Virus record (IMG/VR): IMGVR_UViG_3300042253_000131
Span: 1 to 52,982 of that record
DNA length: 52,982 nt
Direction: 5' to 3' (one strand)
Origin: a virus
Taxonomy: Duplodnaviria > Caudoviricetes
A program made the position numbers and the translations under genes. Numbering within the stretch: the stretch's first letter is position 1; the number at the start of each line of letters is the position of its first letter. The notes below the pieces were generated by a model. It saw only the letters and a list, made by a program, of their open reading frames with translations. It was not told the origin of the DNA and made no database searches. Positions 27,154-37,386 of the stretch are shown one piece after another.

Positions 27154-27172
27154 GCTTATCAACTCGATAAGC
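27154..27172. promoter_or_regulatory. Operator-like palindrome GCTTATC-AACTC-GATAAGC
   Basis: 7-bp perfect arms in the divergent intergenic region before the small terminase. Confidence 0.45.
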
Positions 27173-27203
27173 GCATGATTCAGAATGATAATCGGAGCCG
27201 TCG

Positions 27204-27842
27204 ATGCAGGGCATGAGCGAGCGCCAGTACGCCGCCCATGTCGGGCTGTCGCGGGGCGCGATCCAGAAGGCGAAGACGGCCGAGCGGCTGGTTCTCTATC
27301 CCGACGGCAGCATCAACGCGGCCGCCAGCGACGCCCGGCGCGCGGAAACAACCGATCCGTCCAAGACGAGGGTGAGCGTGGACCGTGGCGCCAGTGGCGC
27401 CACGCAAGCCCCGCGAACGCCCGCGCCGAAGCTGAAACCCGTCCCCGAGGCGGCAGTGGCGGCCGTGGGCGACACGCTGCGCGAACAGGGTCTGGCGGTC
27501 CCGGCGGTCGGCGGCGGCACGACCTTTCTGCAGGCCAAGACCGCGAACGAGGTGCTGAAGGCGCAGGAGCGGCGCATCCGGCTCCAGAAGCTGAAGGGGG
27601 AATTGATCGAGCGGGCCCGCGCGCTGGCGCTGGTGTTCCGGCTGGCACGGGAGGAACGGGACGCGTGGGTGAACTGGCCCGCGCGCGCGGCCGCGCTGAT
27701 GGCGGCCGAGCTCTCGGCCTCGTGCAGCGACGCGACGGGCCAGCAGATCACCGTGGAGCCAGCCGCGATGCAGAAGGTGCTGGAGAGACATGTACGCGCC
27801 CACCTCGACGAACTCGCCGAGGTCCGGCCCGACTTCAGGTGA
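27204..27842 (+). CDS. terS: Terminase small subunit (Nu1-like)
   Basis: N-terminal HTH (SERQYAAHVGLSRGAIQKA), coiled coil KLKGELI; precedes the large subunit. Confidence 0.75.
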   Translation: MQGMSERQYAAHVGLSRGAIQKAKTAERLVLYPDGSINAAASDARRAETTDPSKTRVSVDRGASGATQAPRTPAPKLKPVPEAAVAAVGDTLREQGLAVPAVGGGTTFLQAKTANEVLKAQERRIRLQKLKGELIERARALALVFRLAREERDAWVNWPARAAALMAAELSASCSDATGQQITVEPAAMQKVLERHVRAHLDELAEVRPDFR

Positions 27843-29790
27843 TGATGATGGCCTGACGGACTTCGACGGCGCGGGCGAGATCCTGCGCGCCTGGGGCAAC
27901 GGGCTGCGGCCCGACCCGGACCTGACCGTCTCGCAATGGGCGGACCAACACCGGACGCTATCGAGCCGGGCTTCCGCCGAACCGGGGCGGTATCGGACGG
28001 CACGCACGCCCTACATGCGCGAGATCATGGACAACCTCTCGCCCGCGAGCCCTGTGCAGCGGGTGGTGTTCATGAAGGCGGCTCAGGTCGGCGCCACGGA
28101 AGCGGGCAACTGCTTTATTGGCTTCGTGATGCATCATGCGCCGGGTCCGATGCTGGCGGTCCAGCCGACCGTGGAACTGGCCAAGCGCAACTCGCGCCAG
28201 CGGATCGACCCGCTGATCGACGAAAGCCCGGATCTGCGGGAGCGGGTGAAGCCCGCCCGGTCGCGCGACGCGGGCAACACGATGCTGTCCAAGGAATTCG
28301 CGGGCGGCATCCTGATCATGACCGGGGCGAACTCGGCGGTCGGGCTGCGGTCCACCCCGGCGCGCTACATCTTCCTCGACGAGGTCGACGCCTATCCGGC
28401 CTCGGCCGACGAGGAAGGCGATCCGGTCACGCTGGCCGAGGCCCGGTCGCTGACGTTTGCGCACCGGCGCAAGGTGTTCCTGGTCTCGACGCCGACGATC
28501 CGGGGGCTGAGCCGGATCGAACGGGAATACGAGGCCAGCGACCAGCGCCGGTTCTTCGTGCCGTGCCCGCATTGCGGTCACGCGCAATGGCTGCGTTTTG
28601 AGCGGCTGCGCTGGCAGAAGGGGCGGCCGGAGACGGCGGAATATCACTGCGAGGGCTGCGAGCGGCCCATCGGCGAGCATCACAAGACGGCGATGCTGGA
28701 AGCGGGCGAATGGCGCGCAACGGCTGTTGCCGCCGATCCGACCACGGTCGGGTATCACCTCTCGGCGCTCTATTCGCCGGTGGGCTGGCTGAGTTGGGAG
28801 CGGATCGTGCGGTCATGGGAAGCAGCCCAAGGGTCGGACGAGGCGATCAAGGCGTTCCGCAACACGATCCTCGGCGAGACATGGGTCGAGACCGGCGAAG
28901 CGCCGGACTGGCAGCGACTGGCGGACCGGCGCGAAGCATGGCCAGCGGGCACGGTGCCTGCGGGCGGGTTGTTCCTGACCGCCGGGGCGGACGTGCAGAA
29001 GGACCGGATCGAGGTCGATGTCTGGGCCTGGGGGCGCGGGCTGGAGAGTTGGCTGATCGATCATCTGGTCCTCGAGGGCGGGCCCGGCGATCCGGCCTGC
29101 TGGCAACGGCTCACCGATCTGCTCGGCCGCACATGGGCGCATGCCTGCGGCCAGCACATGACGCTGGCGCGGCTGGGCGTAGACACCGGCTACGAGACCT
29201 CGGCGGTCTATGCCTGGTCGCGGCAGGTGGGGTTTGCGCAGGTGGCCCCGGTGAAGGGAGTCGAGGGCTTCAACCGGTCGAGCCCGGTCACTGGCCCGAC
29301 CTATGTGGATGCCACCATCGCGGGCAAGCGCCTGCGCCGGGGCGCGCGGCTCTGGACGGTGGCGACCTCGACCTTCAAGACCGAGACCTATCGCTTGCTG
29401 CGCCAGGACCGGCCGACGAAGGAAGAGATCGAGGGCGGTGCCTCGTTCCCGCCCGGCACGATCCATCTGCCGGACTGGGCCGACGGAGAATGGCTGAAGC
29501 AGCTGACCGCCGAGCAACTGGTGACCGTGCGCACCAAACGCGGCTTTGCCCGGCTGGAATGGCAGAAACTGCGCGAGCGCAACGAGGCGCTGGATTGCCG
29601 GGTCTATGCCCGCGCCGCCGTGTGGATCCTCGGGGCTGACCGCTGGGCCGAGGCGCGGTGGGACGATCTGGAGGCCCAACTCGGGGTCACGGCACAAGAC
29701 ACGGTTGATGGTGGGGCCGGAAACACCACACCCGTTTCACGGCGGACGGCGCCGCGCCGGCGCACGGTGCGCTCAAACTACATGAGGTGA
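27790..29790 (+). CDS. terL: Terminase large subunit, lambda GpA family (start uncertain)
   Basis: KAAQVGATE, FLDEVD, VSTPT, VPCPHCG, GADVQ, DTGY, RNEALDC. Confidence 0.93.
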   Translation: MYAPTSTNSPRSGPTSGDDDGLTDFDGAGEILRAWGNGLRPDPDLTVSQWADQHRTLSSRASAEPGRYRTARTPYMREIMDNLSPASPVQRVVFMKAAQVGATEAGNCFIGFVMHHAPGPMLAVQPTVELAKRNSRQRIDPLIDESPDLRERVKPARSRDAGNTMLSKEFAGGILIMTGANSAVGLRSTPARYIFLDEVDAYPASADEEGDPVTLAEARSLTFAHRRKVFLVSTPTIRGLSRIEREYEASDQRRFFVPCPHCGHAQWLRFERLRWQKGRPETAEYHCEGCERPIGEHHKTAMLEAGEWRATAVAADPTTVGYHLSALYSPVGWLSWERIVRSWEAAQGSDEAIKAFRNTILGETWVETGEAPDWQRLADRREAWPAGTVPAGGLFLTAGADVQKDRIEVDVWAWGRGLESWLIDHLVLEGGPGDPACWQRLTDLLGRTWAHACGQHMTLARLGVDTGYETSAVYAWSRQVGFAQVAPVKGVEGFNRSSPVTGPTYVDATIAGKRLRRGARLWTVATSTFKTETYRLLRQDRPTKEEIEGGASFPPGTIHLPDWADGEWLKQLTAEQLVTVRTKRGFARLEWQKLRERNEALDCRVYARAAVWILGADRWAEARWDDLEAQLGVTAQDTVDGGAGNTTPVSRRTAPRRRTVRSNYMR

Positions 29791-29793
29791 TCC

Positions 29794-30009
29794 ATGGCCA
29801 CGGCAGGTGAACTCCGCGCCCGGCGCGAAGCGCTGGCCGCGCAGAGGTCCTCGGGCGTGGCGCGGGTCAGTTATGACGGCAAGACCGTCGACTATCGCAG
29901 CGTCGCCGAGATCGACCGGGCCATCGAGGCGCTCGACCGCGAGATCGCGGCGGCCGAGGGGCGGCGGATCGTGCGCCAGGTCCGGGTGACGACGGCGAAG
30001 GGTCTGTGA
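29794..30009 (+). CDS. Head-tail joining protein (gpW-like)
   Basis: VSYDGKTVDYRS; between terminase and portal. Confidence 0.8.
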   Translation: MATAGELRARREALAAQRSSGVARVSYDGKTVDYRSVAEIDRAIEALDREIAAAEGRRIVRQVRVTTAKGL

Positions 30010-30011
30010 GC

Positions 30012-31580
30012 ATGGGGCTGTTCGATCTCTTCCGCCGTCCTGCGCGGGGCGATCCTGCGTCATCCGGGCTTACGCGGCTCCCCCGGAGCCACGGTCCCTC
30101 CGGACTGCGCGCCCGGCTCGAAGGCGCGATGGCGAAGCGCAGGCTGCGCGGCTGGAACCCGCCCTTGGAGAACATCAACGCGCTCGTTGCCTCGGGTGGG
30201 CCGCGTCTGCTGGCGCGCTCGCGCGAACTGGTGGTCACCAACGGTTATGCCGCCAATGCCTGCGAGGCGTTTGCCTCGAACCTCGTCGGCGACGGGATCA
30301 AACCCTCGTCGCTGATCGGGGATCCGGACCTGCGCGACCGGGTGCAGCGGCTGTGGCTGGCCTGGACCGACGAGGCGGATGCCGACGGGCTGACCGATTT
30401 CTACGGGCTGCAGGCGATGGTGGCGCGCGAGATGTTTGTGGCGGGCGAATGCTTCGTGCGGCTGCGCCCGCGCCGGGCCGAGGATGGCTTGCTGGTGCCG
30501 TTGCAGGCGCAGCTTCTGCAGTCCGAGATGCTGCCCTTCGAGAAGACGGAAGTCCTGCCCTCGGGCAACCGCATCCGCTGCGGCATCGAGTTCGACCTGA
30601 TCGGGCGGCGGGTCGCCTATCATTTCCGCCGCCGCCATCCGGGCGACAGCACCGACCGGGGGGCGGCGATCCCGGAGACGGTGCGCGTGCCGGCGGCGGA
30701 CGTGCTGCACGTCTATCGCCCGATCGACGCGGGCCAGATCCGGGGGCTGCCGCACATCGCGCCAGCCATGGTGCGGCTGTTCCTGCTCGATCAGTATGAC
30801 GATGCGGAACTCGACCGGAAGAAGACGGCGGCGATGTTCGCGGGCTTCATCACCAAGACCGCCCCGGAAGAGCCGTTGATGGGTGAAAGTGAGGCCGATC
30901 TCGACGGTTCTGCCATCGCCAGCCTCGAGCCCGGCACGATGCAGGTGCTGCTGCCGGGGGAAGACGTGAAGTTCTCGTCGCCGGCGGACGTCGGCGGCGG
31001 CTATGAGGCGTTCCAGTACCGCACGTTGCTCAGCGTCGCGGCCTCGCTGGGCCTGCCCTATCATCTGGTGACCGGCGATGTGCGGCAGGCCAACTATTCC
31101 TCCTTGCGCGCCGAACTGGTCGAGTTCCGGCGCCGCGTCGAGCAGTTGCAGCACGGGGTGATCGCGCATCAGCTCTGCCGCCCGGTCTGGGCGCGCTGGC
31201 TGGAGACGGCGGTGCTCTCGGGCGCGCTCGATCTGCCGGGCTTCGCGGGCCATCCGGCGCGCTACCGCCCGGTGCAATGGATCCCGCCGCGCTGGGACTG
31301 GGTCGATCCGCTGAAGGACATCCAGGCGCAGGTGCTGGCGATGGAGGCCGGGATCATCTCGCGGCGCAAGGTGGTCGAGGCCACCGGCTACGACGTCGAG
31401 GAAATAGACCGCGAGAACGCGGCCGACGCGGCCCGCGTCGCGGCGCTCGGCCTGCGCTATCGCACCAGCCCCGGAGAGACGCAGGGCGCGCGGGCGACCC
31501 CGGCGCAATTGCCGGATGCGGGCAGCGGCGCAGGCAGCGGCTCTGGTCCAAGCGCTGACGGGACATCTGAAGAGGAGTGA
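30012..31580 (+). CDS. Portal protein, lambda family
   Basis: GQIRGLP, NYSSLRA, WVDPLKD. Confidence 0.93.
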   Translation: MGLFDLFRRPARGDPASSGLTRLPRSHGPSGLRARLEGAMAKRRLRGWNPPLENINALVASGGPRLLARSRELVVTNGYAANACEAFASNLVGDGIKPSSLIGDPDLRDRVQRLWLAWTDEADADGLTDFYGLQAMVAREMFVAGECFVRLRPRRAEDGLLVPLQAQLLQSEMLPFEKTEVLPSGNRIRCGIEFDLIGRRVAYHFRRRHPGDSTDRGAAIPETVRVPAADVLHVYRPIDAGQIRGLPHIAPAMVRLFLLDQYDDAELDRKKTAAMFAGFITKTAPEEPLMGESEADLDGSAIASLEPGTMQVLLPGEDVKFSSPADVGGGYEAFQYRTLLSVAASLGLPYHLVTGDVRQANYSSLRAELVEFRRRVEQLQHGVIAHQLCRPVWARWLETAVLSGALDLPGFAGHPARYRPVQWIPPRWDWVDPLKDIQAQVLAMEAGIISRRKVVEATGYDVEEIDRENAADAARVAALGLRYRTSPGETQGARATPAQLPDAGSGAGSGSGPSADGTSEEE

Positions 31581-31584
31581 AAGC

Positions 31585-32637
31585 ATGGCCAGCTGGTATG
31601 CGATCCGCGCCCGAGCCACCGGCGCGGAAGTGGCGATCTATGACGAAATCGGCGCGCATGGCGTCTCGGCCAAGGGCTTTCTGGCCGAGCTCGGCGCGCT
31701 GCCCGAAGGGACGCCGATCGATCTGCGCCTCAACAGCCCCGGCGGGTCGGTGTTCGACGCGGTCGCGATCCACAACGCGATCAGGCGGCACGAGGGGACC
31801 GTCACGGTCTGGATCGACGGCATCGCCGCCTCGGCGGCGTCCTATGTCGCCATGGCGGGCGACGAGATCGTCATGCCGGAAAACGCCTTCCTGATGATCC
31901 ACGATCCCGCCGGCCTCGTCATGGGCACCGCCACCGACATGCGGGCGATGGCCGAGGCGCTCGACAAGGTGGGCGACAGCCTCGCCGCGGGCTATGCCGC
32001 GAAATCCGGCCGGACGGCCGAGGAGATCGCGGCGCTGATGGCCGCCGAGACCTGGCTCGATGCGACCGAGGCGCTGGCGCTCGGCTTTGCCGACCGGCTG
32101 GCCGAGCCGGTGCGGATCGCCGCCAGCTTCGACATCGGCCGCTTCCGCAACGCGCCGCCCGCGCTGATCGAGGCGGTGGAGGCCGAGGCGGTGGAGGCCG
32201 AAGGCCAGGACGGCACGGAAACCGTTCCGGAGGGGAACGGTTCCGACGGCGATCCCGCTGCCAGCCCTGTCGGACCGCAAGACCCGGCAGGCGAGGCCAG
32301 CGCCGATGGTCGATCCGACGATACCGAGGGGCATGTCGTGTCCGGCAACATGCCCCCGCCGCCGCCTCCCGCGCCACCCGATCCCGCGGCGATCCGCGCG
32401 GACGCCATGGCGCATGCCCGCGCCGTCGTCGATCTCTGCCGCCTTGCCGGGCAGCCGCAAATGGCCGGGCGCTTTCTGGAAACCGACGCGGACCTCGACG
32501 AGGTCCGCGCCGCCCTCATCGCTTTGAGGTCCGAGGCAGGGCCCGAGATTGCCGGGCATCACCCGCAGCCCGGCCGCCCGTCGAACACCCGTCCCTGGGG
32601 CGAGATCGTCGCCCGCACCTTCCGCCTGAAAGGATAA
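31585..32637 (+). CDS. ClpP-like head maturation protease with scaffold-like C-terminus
   Basis: LNSPGGSVF, GIAASAAS, LMIHDP, ETWL. Confidence 0.9.
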   Translation: MASWYAIRARATGAEVAIYDEIGAHGVSAKGFLAELGALPEGTPIDLRLNSPGGSVFDAVAIHNAIRRHEGTVTVWIDGIAASAASYVAMAGDEIVMPENAFLMIHDPAGLVMGTATDMRAMAEALDKVGDSLAAGYAAKSGRTAEEIAALMAAETWLDATEALALGFADRLAEPVRIAASFDIGRFRNAPPALIEAVEAEAVEAEGQDGTETVPEGNGSDGDPAASPVGPQDPAGEASADGRSDDTEGHVVSGNMPPPPPPAPPDPAAIRADAMAHARAVVDLCRLAGQPQMAGRFLETDADLDEVRAALIALRSEAGPEIAGHHPQPGRPSNTRPWGEIVARTFRLKG

Positions 32638-32641
32638 CCCC

Positions 32642-33007
32642 GTGCCCACGCTCACCGAGACCACCCATCCCGGCGGCTTCCTCGTCTGGGAGGCGTTCCG
32701 CGATTACACCCGCGAGACCATCACCGTCGCCTCCGGCGCGTTTGAGCCCGGCACCGTGCTCGGCAGGATCACCGCGTCGGGCAAATACGCCGCGCACGAT
32801 CCCGCCGCCATCGATGGCACCGAGACCGCCGTCGCCGTGCTCTGGGGCAAGGCCGACGCGAGCGCGGGCGACGCGCCCGCCGTCGCCCTGGTCCGCGGCC
32901 CCGCCATCGTCAACCGCAACGATCTCGTTTTTGCAGGCACGCCCAGCGAGGCCGAGATCGCCGCCGCCCATGCCGCCCTGCTGGCGGCGGGCATCCTCGT
33001 CCGCTGA
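32642..33007 (+). CDS. Head decoration protein (gpD-like)
   Basis: GTVLG..GKY..DGTETAVAVL; position before the capsid gene. Confidence 0.85.
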   Translation: MPTLTETTHPGGFLVWEAFRDYTRETITVASGAFEPGTVLGRITASGKYAAHDPAAIDGTETAVAVLWGKADASAGDAPAVALVRGPAIVNRNDLVFAGTPSEAEIAAAHAALLAAGILVR

Positions 33008-33032
33008 TCAAACTCTCAAGGAGGCACGCACA

Positions 33033-34046
33033 ATGGCCACCATGGACATCTTCGAAGGCGATGCCTTCACCATCATCGAACTGACCCGCGCGCTGGAGAA
33101 CATCCCCTTCAAGCCCGCGATCCTGTCGGGGACGGGCCTGTTCTCGCCGCGCGGCGTGCGCGCCCGCACCGTGGTGATCGAGAGCCGCGACGGCACGCTG
33201 TCGCTGATCCCGTTCTCGGAACGCGGCTCGGCCTTCGAGCAACAGGTGCCCGAGCGCCGCGACATGCGCGCCTTCGTCTGCCGCCAGTTCAAGAAGCAGG
33301 ACGTGCTCTGGGCATCCGAGATCCAGGGCATCCGCGACTTCGGCTCGGAAAGCGCCACCCAGCAGATCCAGAGCGAGGTCGCGCGCAAGCTCGGCCGTCT
33401 GCGCCAGGACGCCGAGGCGACGTTCGAATATCACCTGCTGAACGGCATTCAGGGCATCGTGAAGGATCCGAAGGACGGCGCCACGGTGATCAACTACTTC
33501 ACCGAGTTCGCGATCACCCCGGCGGCAGAGATCGACTTCGATCTCGACAACGCCACCCCGGCCTCGGGGGCGCTCCGAAAACTCAGCCAGGCGCTGATCG
33601 AGAGCGTCGAGGACAGCATGGGCGGGCTCGCCGCCGGGGCCGTGCAGGTGCGCGCCGAATGCGGCTCGGCCTTCTTCGCCGATCTCGTCGCCCACAAGGA
33701 GGTGCGCGAGACCTATCTCAACACCGCCGCCGCCGCCGATCTGCGCGGCCGCGTGGCCGACGAGGTCAGCTTCGGCGGCATCACCTTCCGCCGCTACCGC
33801 GGTGGCGCCGGCTTCGGCGTGCCGACCGACAAGGCCTTCTTCTATCCCGAAGGGGTCGAGGGGCTCTTCGAGATCTACCACGCCCCCGCCGACACCTTCG
33901 AGACGGTGAATACCCTCGGCCTGCCGCTCTACGCCCGCACCATCCCCGACCGGGACCGCGACGAATGGGTGCGCCTCGAGATCGAGTCGAACCCGCTGCC
34001 GATCTGCACCCGCCCGCAGGTGCTGCGCCAGGCGCGGCGGACGTGA
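33033..34046 (+). CDS. Major capsid protein (lambda gpE family)
   Basis: AAGGAGG RBS; APAD..ETVNT, ESNPLPICTRP. Confidence 0.9.
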   Translation: MATMDIFEGDAFTIIELTRALENIPFKPAILSGTGLFSPRGVRARTVVIESRDGTLSLIPFSERGSAFEQQVPERRDMRAFVCRQFKKQDVLWASEIQGIRDFGSESATQQIQSEVARKLGRLRQDAEATFEYHLLNGIQGIVKDPKDGATVINYFTEFAITPAAEIDFDLDNATPASGALRKLSQALIESVEDSMGGLAAGAVQVRAECGSAFFADLVAHKEVRETYLNTAAAADLRGRVADEVSFGGITFRRYRGGAGFGVPTDKAFFYPEGVEGLFEIYHAPADTFETVNTLGLPLYARTIPDRDRDEWVRLEIESNPLPICTRPQVLRQARRT

Positions 34047-34357
34047 TGAATGCCGTCGCTTCCGCGCTCGACGCGCTCTTTGCCGATGCCAACATCGGCC
34101 GCGACGCGGTCTACATCGCCGACGGCGGCGCGCCCGTGCTGGTGCGCATCGTCGCCCGGCGTGCCGATGCCATCACCGGCTTCGGCGATGCGCGGCTCTG
34201 GTCGGAAACCACGCGCGTCGACCTGCGCGCGGCGGAGGTGCCGAACCCGCGCCCCGGCGACCGGATCGAGATCGACGGCGACGCCTTCCTCATCCAGGGC
34301 GAGCCCCTCCGCGACCGTGAGCGGCTGATCTGGACCGTCGATCTGAGGCCTGCGTGA
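34046..34357 (+). CDS. Head-tail joining protein (gpFII-like)
   Basis: Position; PRPGDRIEIDG. Confidence 0.75.
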   Translation: MNAVASALDALFADANIGRDAVYIADGGAPVLVRIVARRADAITGFGDARLWSETTRVDLRAAEVPNPRPGDRIEIDGDAFLIQGEPLRDRERLIWTVDLRPA

Positions 34358-34362
34358 CCCCG

Positions 34363-34995
34363 ATGAAGCTGAAGCTCGACATCGATCCCGACATCGTCGC
34401 GATGATGGCGGCCGAAGTCGCGGCGGGCGAGCGCGCGGTGACGGCCGCCATGCGTGAGGCCGGGACCGGGCTCAAGACCGCCTGGCGGTTGCAGATCACC
34501 GGCGCGGGGCTTGGGCCCCGGCTGGCCAATTCCATCCGGAGCCAGAATTTCCCTAGATCGGGCGAAAGCCTCGATGCCGCCGCGCTGGTCTGGTCGAAGG
34601 CGCCGGTCATCGTCGGCGCGCATGACACCGGCCCGCTGATCCGCTCGAAGGCAGGCTTCTGGCTGGCGATCCCGCTGCCTGCCGCTGGCAAGTCCCTCCG
34701 CGGCGGAAGGATCACCCCCGGCGAATGGGAGCGGCGGCGCGGCCTGCGCCTGCGCTTCGTCTATCGCCGCACGGGCCCAAGCCTGCTGGTCGCCGAGGGG
34801 CGGCTGAACACCAAGGGTCAGACGGTCGTCTCGCGCTCGAAGACCGGCCGAGGCAAGGTCACCGCGCCGATCTTCCTGCTGGTGCCGCAGGTCAAGCTGC
34901 CGAAGCGGCTGGATCTGGCGCGGGACGCGGAGCGGGCGCATGAAGGCCTGCCGGGGCTGATCGTGGGGAAGTGGGTGGAGGTGCGAATTCGATGA
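34363..34995 (+). CDS. Neck/tail completion protein (DUF6441-like)
   Basis: Basic protein in the gpZ position; PIFLLVPQVKLPKRLD. Confidence 0.7.
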   Translation: MKLKLDIDPDIVAMMAAEVAAGERAVTAAMREAGTGLKTAWRLQITGAGLGPRLANSIRSQNFPRSGESLDAAALVWSKAPVIVGAHDTGPLIRSKAGFWLAIPLPAAGKSLRGGRITPGEWERRRGLRLRFVYRRTGPSLLVAEGRLNTKGQTVVSRSKTGRGKVTAPIFLLVPQVKLPKRLDLARDAERAHEGLPGLIVGKWVEVRIR

Positions 34996-35069
34996 ATGTC
35001 ACAGTTACGGACATAGCCGCCCTTGGATGAATGTCAGCACCAGGTAGGATACCGGCAAGGAGCTTGAAT

Positions 35070-35975
35070 TCAGTTGCCCGTTGCCACTCCCGCCCGCACT
35101 GGTTCCGGGTTCAATTCATGCTTGAGCCACGCGATGAGCGTCCTGACCCTTGGTCTTTCAAAGGTCTGCGGCAGGGCAACAGCATAATAGGCAAACTGTG
35201 TCGGCCAGCTGATATCCAACGCCTGCACCAACCGGCCCGATGCCAGATGCTCGCGCACGTAAACATCGCTCAGCAAAGCCAGTCCCTGCCCTTCGATCGC
35301 CGCCCGGACAGTCAGGAAGCCGTCCTTGAACACTGTGCCATACCGCGCACAACCGTCATCAATTCCCTGAGCGAGGAACCAGAGCGACCAGTCCTTGCCC
35401 GTCGCGTCGGGAAGCAATGTGTAGCGGAGACAATCGGCAGGGGTTTTCAGCGGTCCTTTCTTGCGGAGCAGATCCGGGTTTCCAACCAAGAAGAGTTCGG
35501 GCGAACACAACCATTCCGAGATCAGGCCCGGATAGTCACCGAGCCCATGGCGGATGGCCAGATCGACAGGCTCGCTCTTGAGATCGACCAGGCGATTTTC
35601 GGTTTCGACAGACAGGTGGATGGATGGGTGCTGGTCCGAGAATTTCCCCAGACCGGATACAAGCGCCGAATAGGCAAACATCGGGGCTGCGTTGATCCGA
35701 ATGGCATTTCTGGGGTCGGCGAAGTGTTTGCGATGGGCCGCTTCGATCGCCGTGAAGGCGGCGCCGATCTCCGATTGCAGCTCCTCACCCGCTGCGGTCA
35801 GGGCAATGCCCTTTTTGCTGCGGGTGAACAGGCGAAGACCGTGGCGCTCTTCCACCGCATGTATGCGCTGGCTGATCGCGCCGGGGGTCACCCCAAGCTC
35901 ATGGGCGGCATCCTGCATCGTGCCGGTCCGGGCGACGACGTAAAACGTGTAGAGATCCTGAATCCGTATAGCCAT
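35070..35975 (-). CDS. LysR-family regulator (GcvA-like)
   Basis: HTH AAHELGVTPGAISQRI, LFTR, VDLAIRHG. Confidence 0.93.
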   Translation of the reverse strand: MAIRIQDLYTFYVVARTGTMQDAAHELGVTPGAISQRIHAVEERHGLRLFTRSKKGIALTAAGEELQSEIGAAFTAIEAAHRKHFADPRNAIRINAAPMFAYSALVSGLGKFSDQHPSIHLSVETENRLVDLKSEPVDLAIRHGLGDYPGLISEWLCSPELFLVGNPDLLRKKGPLKTPADCLRYTLLPDATGKDWSLWFLAQGIDDGCARYGTVFKDGFLTVRAAIEGQGLALLSDVYVREHLASGRLVQALDISWPTQFAYYAVALPQTFERPRVRTLIAWLKHELNPEPVRAGVATGN

Positions 35976-35978
35976 AGT

Positions 35979-36001
35979 TCACTTTAGGGTGGCTAAAGTG
36001 A
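35979..36001. promoter_or_regulatory. LysR binding site (T-N11-A palindrome)
   Basis: TCACTTTAG-GGTGG-CTAAAGTGA, perfect 9-bp arms, between divergent lysR and MFS genes. Confidence 0.75.
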
Positions 36002-36067
36002 TTTGGCCAGTTTCTCGTTAGGCATGATGCGCGGTTCACGGCATTTCGGTCGGACAAGGAGAGCCCC

Positions 36068-37300
36068 ATGTCTGACACGATCACCCCCCATTCCCGCCAG
36101 AAATGGACGGTCGTTGCCTTCGGGTTTCTCGCCCTGTCACTGGCGTTTTCAGGCCGCGCCGCGCTTGGGTTGATCATGCCGGTCTGGCAGGCGGAGTTTG
36201 GGTGGTCGAGTGGCTATGTGTCGGGGGTGGGAGCCACCGCCCTGGTGGTCATGGCTGTCATCGCGCCCTTCGCAGGCCGCCTGGTGGATCGTCGCGGGCC
36301 GCAATTCACCTTGAACCTCGGCATGGGCCTGCTGGGTATCGGCTGTGCGATTGTGGCTCTGATGGACGGCAAGGCGATGTTTGTCATCGGCTTTGCGGGG
36401 TTTTGCGCCGTTGGCTTCGGGATCGTCGCCACCCATGTTGTGGCAACAGCCGTGACCCGGAGTTTTTCCGCCAATCGTGGGTTGGCCACGGGCATCGCGA
36501 CATCCGGCGCGACGGGCGGCCAGTTCCTCATTGTCCCGCTCATCGCCGCCCTACTGGCCTTCGCCAGTTGGCGGTGGAGTTTTGGGGCGCTGGCCCTGGC
36601 AAGCCTTGCCCTGATCCCCTGCATCAGGATGAGCCTGCGCGCCGCTGCGCCCTCGGACGCAGCGCGGGAACAAGACCCGGCCGCGTCCGGGATGGCCGCC
36701 GACCTCGCCCTGATCCTCCGGCGCCCGGCGTTTCATCTGTTGTTCTGGAGCTTTCTGATCTGCGGTTTCACGACCACCGGGGTCATCGAGACGCATCTGC
36801 TGCCCTTCGCCTCGTTCTGCGGCTTTCCTCCGATCCCCAGTGCGACGGCCTATGGAGTCTTGTCTCTGATCAATCTTGTCGGCATGATCGCCGCCGGCTG
36901 GCTGAGCGACCGGGTGAACCGCCCGGTGCTTCTGGCCGCCATTTACCTGGCGAGGGCGCTCACCTTCATTCTTCTCGGCAATCTGCCCGGCACATCTGTC
37001 GAAATGCTGTTCGTGTTTGCCATCCTGTTCGGCGCGGTGGATTACGCGACGGTGCCCGTGACCGCCAGTCTGGTGGCCAGCCATGTCGGGATCAAGGTAA
37101 TGGGCCTGGCAATGGGAATGATCTCGGCCGGACACGCCATCGGGGGCGCCATGGGGGCCTGGCTTGGTGGCTTCGTTTTCGACACAACGGGCGGCTATGG
37201 CATCTTGTGGACGGGATCTCTGTGGCTTGCCGTCGGGGCGGGTGTGCTGGTGCTGCTTCTGACGGCGCAGCCGGTATCCAGGCCCGTCGCGCAAGCATAA
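36068..37300 (+). CDS. MFS transporter
   Basis: About 12 hydrophobic segments; motif A GRLVDRRG and GWLSDRVNR. Confidence 0.92.
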   Translation: MSDTITPHSRQKWTVVAFGFLALSLAFSGRAALGLIMPVWQAEFGWSSGYVSGVGATALVVMAVIAPFAGRLVDRRGPQFTLNLGMGLLGIGCAIVALMDGKAMFVIGFAGFCAVGFGIVATHVVATAVTRSFSANRGLATGIATSGATGGQFLIVPLIAALLAFASWRWSFGALALASLALIPCIRMSLRAAAPSDAAREQDPAASGMAADLALILRRPAFHLLFWSFLICGFTTTGVIETHLLPFASFCGFPPIPSATAYGVLSLINLVGMIAAGWLSDRVNRPVLLAAIYLARALTFILLGNLPGTSVEMLFVFAILFGAVDYATVPVTASLVASHVGIKVMGLAMGMISAGHAIGGAMGAWLGGFVFDTTGGYGILWTGSLWLAVGAGVLVLLLTAQPVSRPVAQA

Positions 37301-37386
37301 GGCGGACCTTGGACATAGTCGGCAAACGTCATGGCCGGGTTCGACTCGACCTTTGCCACATCGAACAAATCCAGATCTGAGTGCAC

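Noticed and set aside
32170-32199. 15-bp tandem duplication (EAVEA x2) in the protease linker
   Set aside because: Ordinary slippage in a disordered linker.
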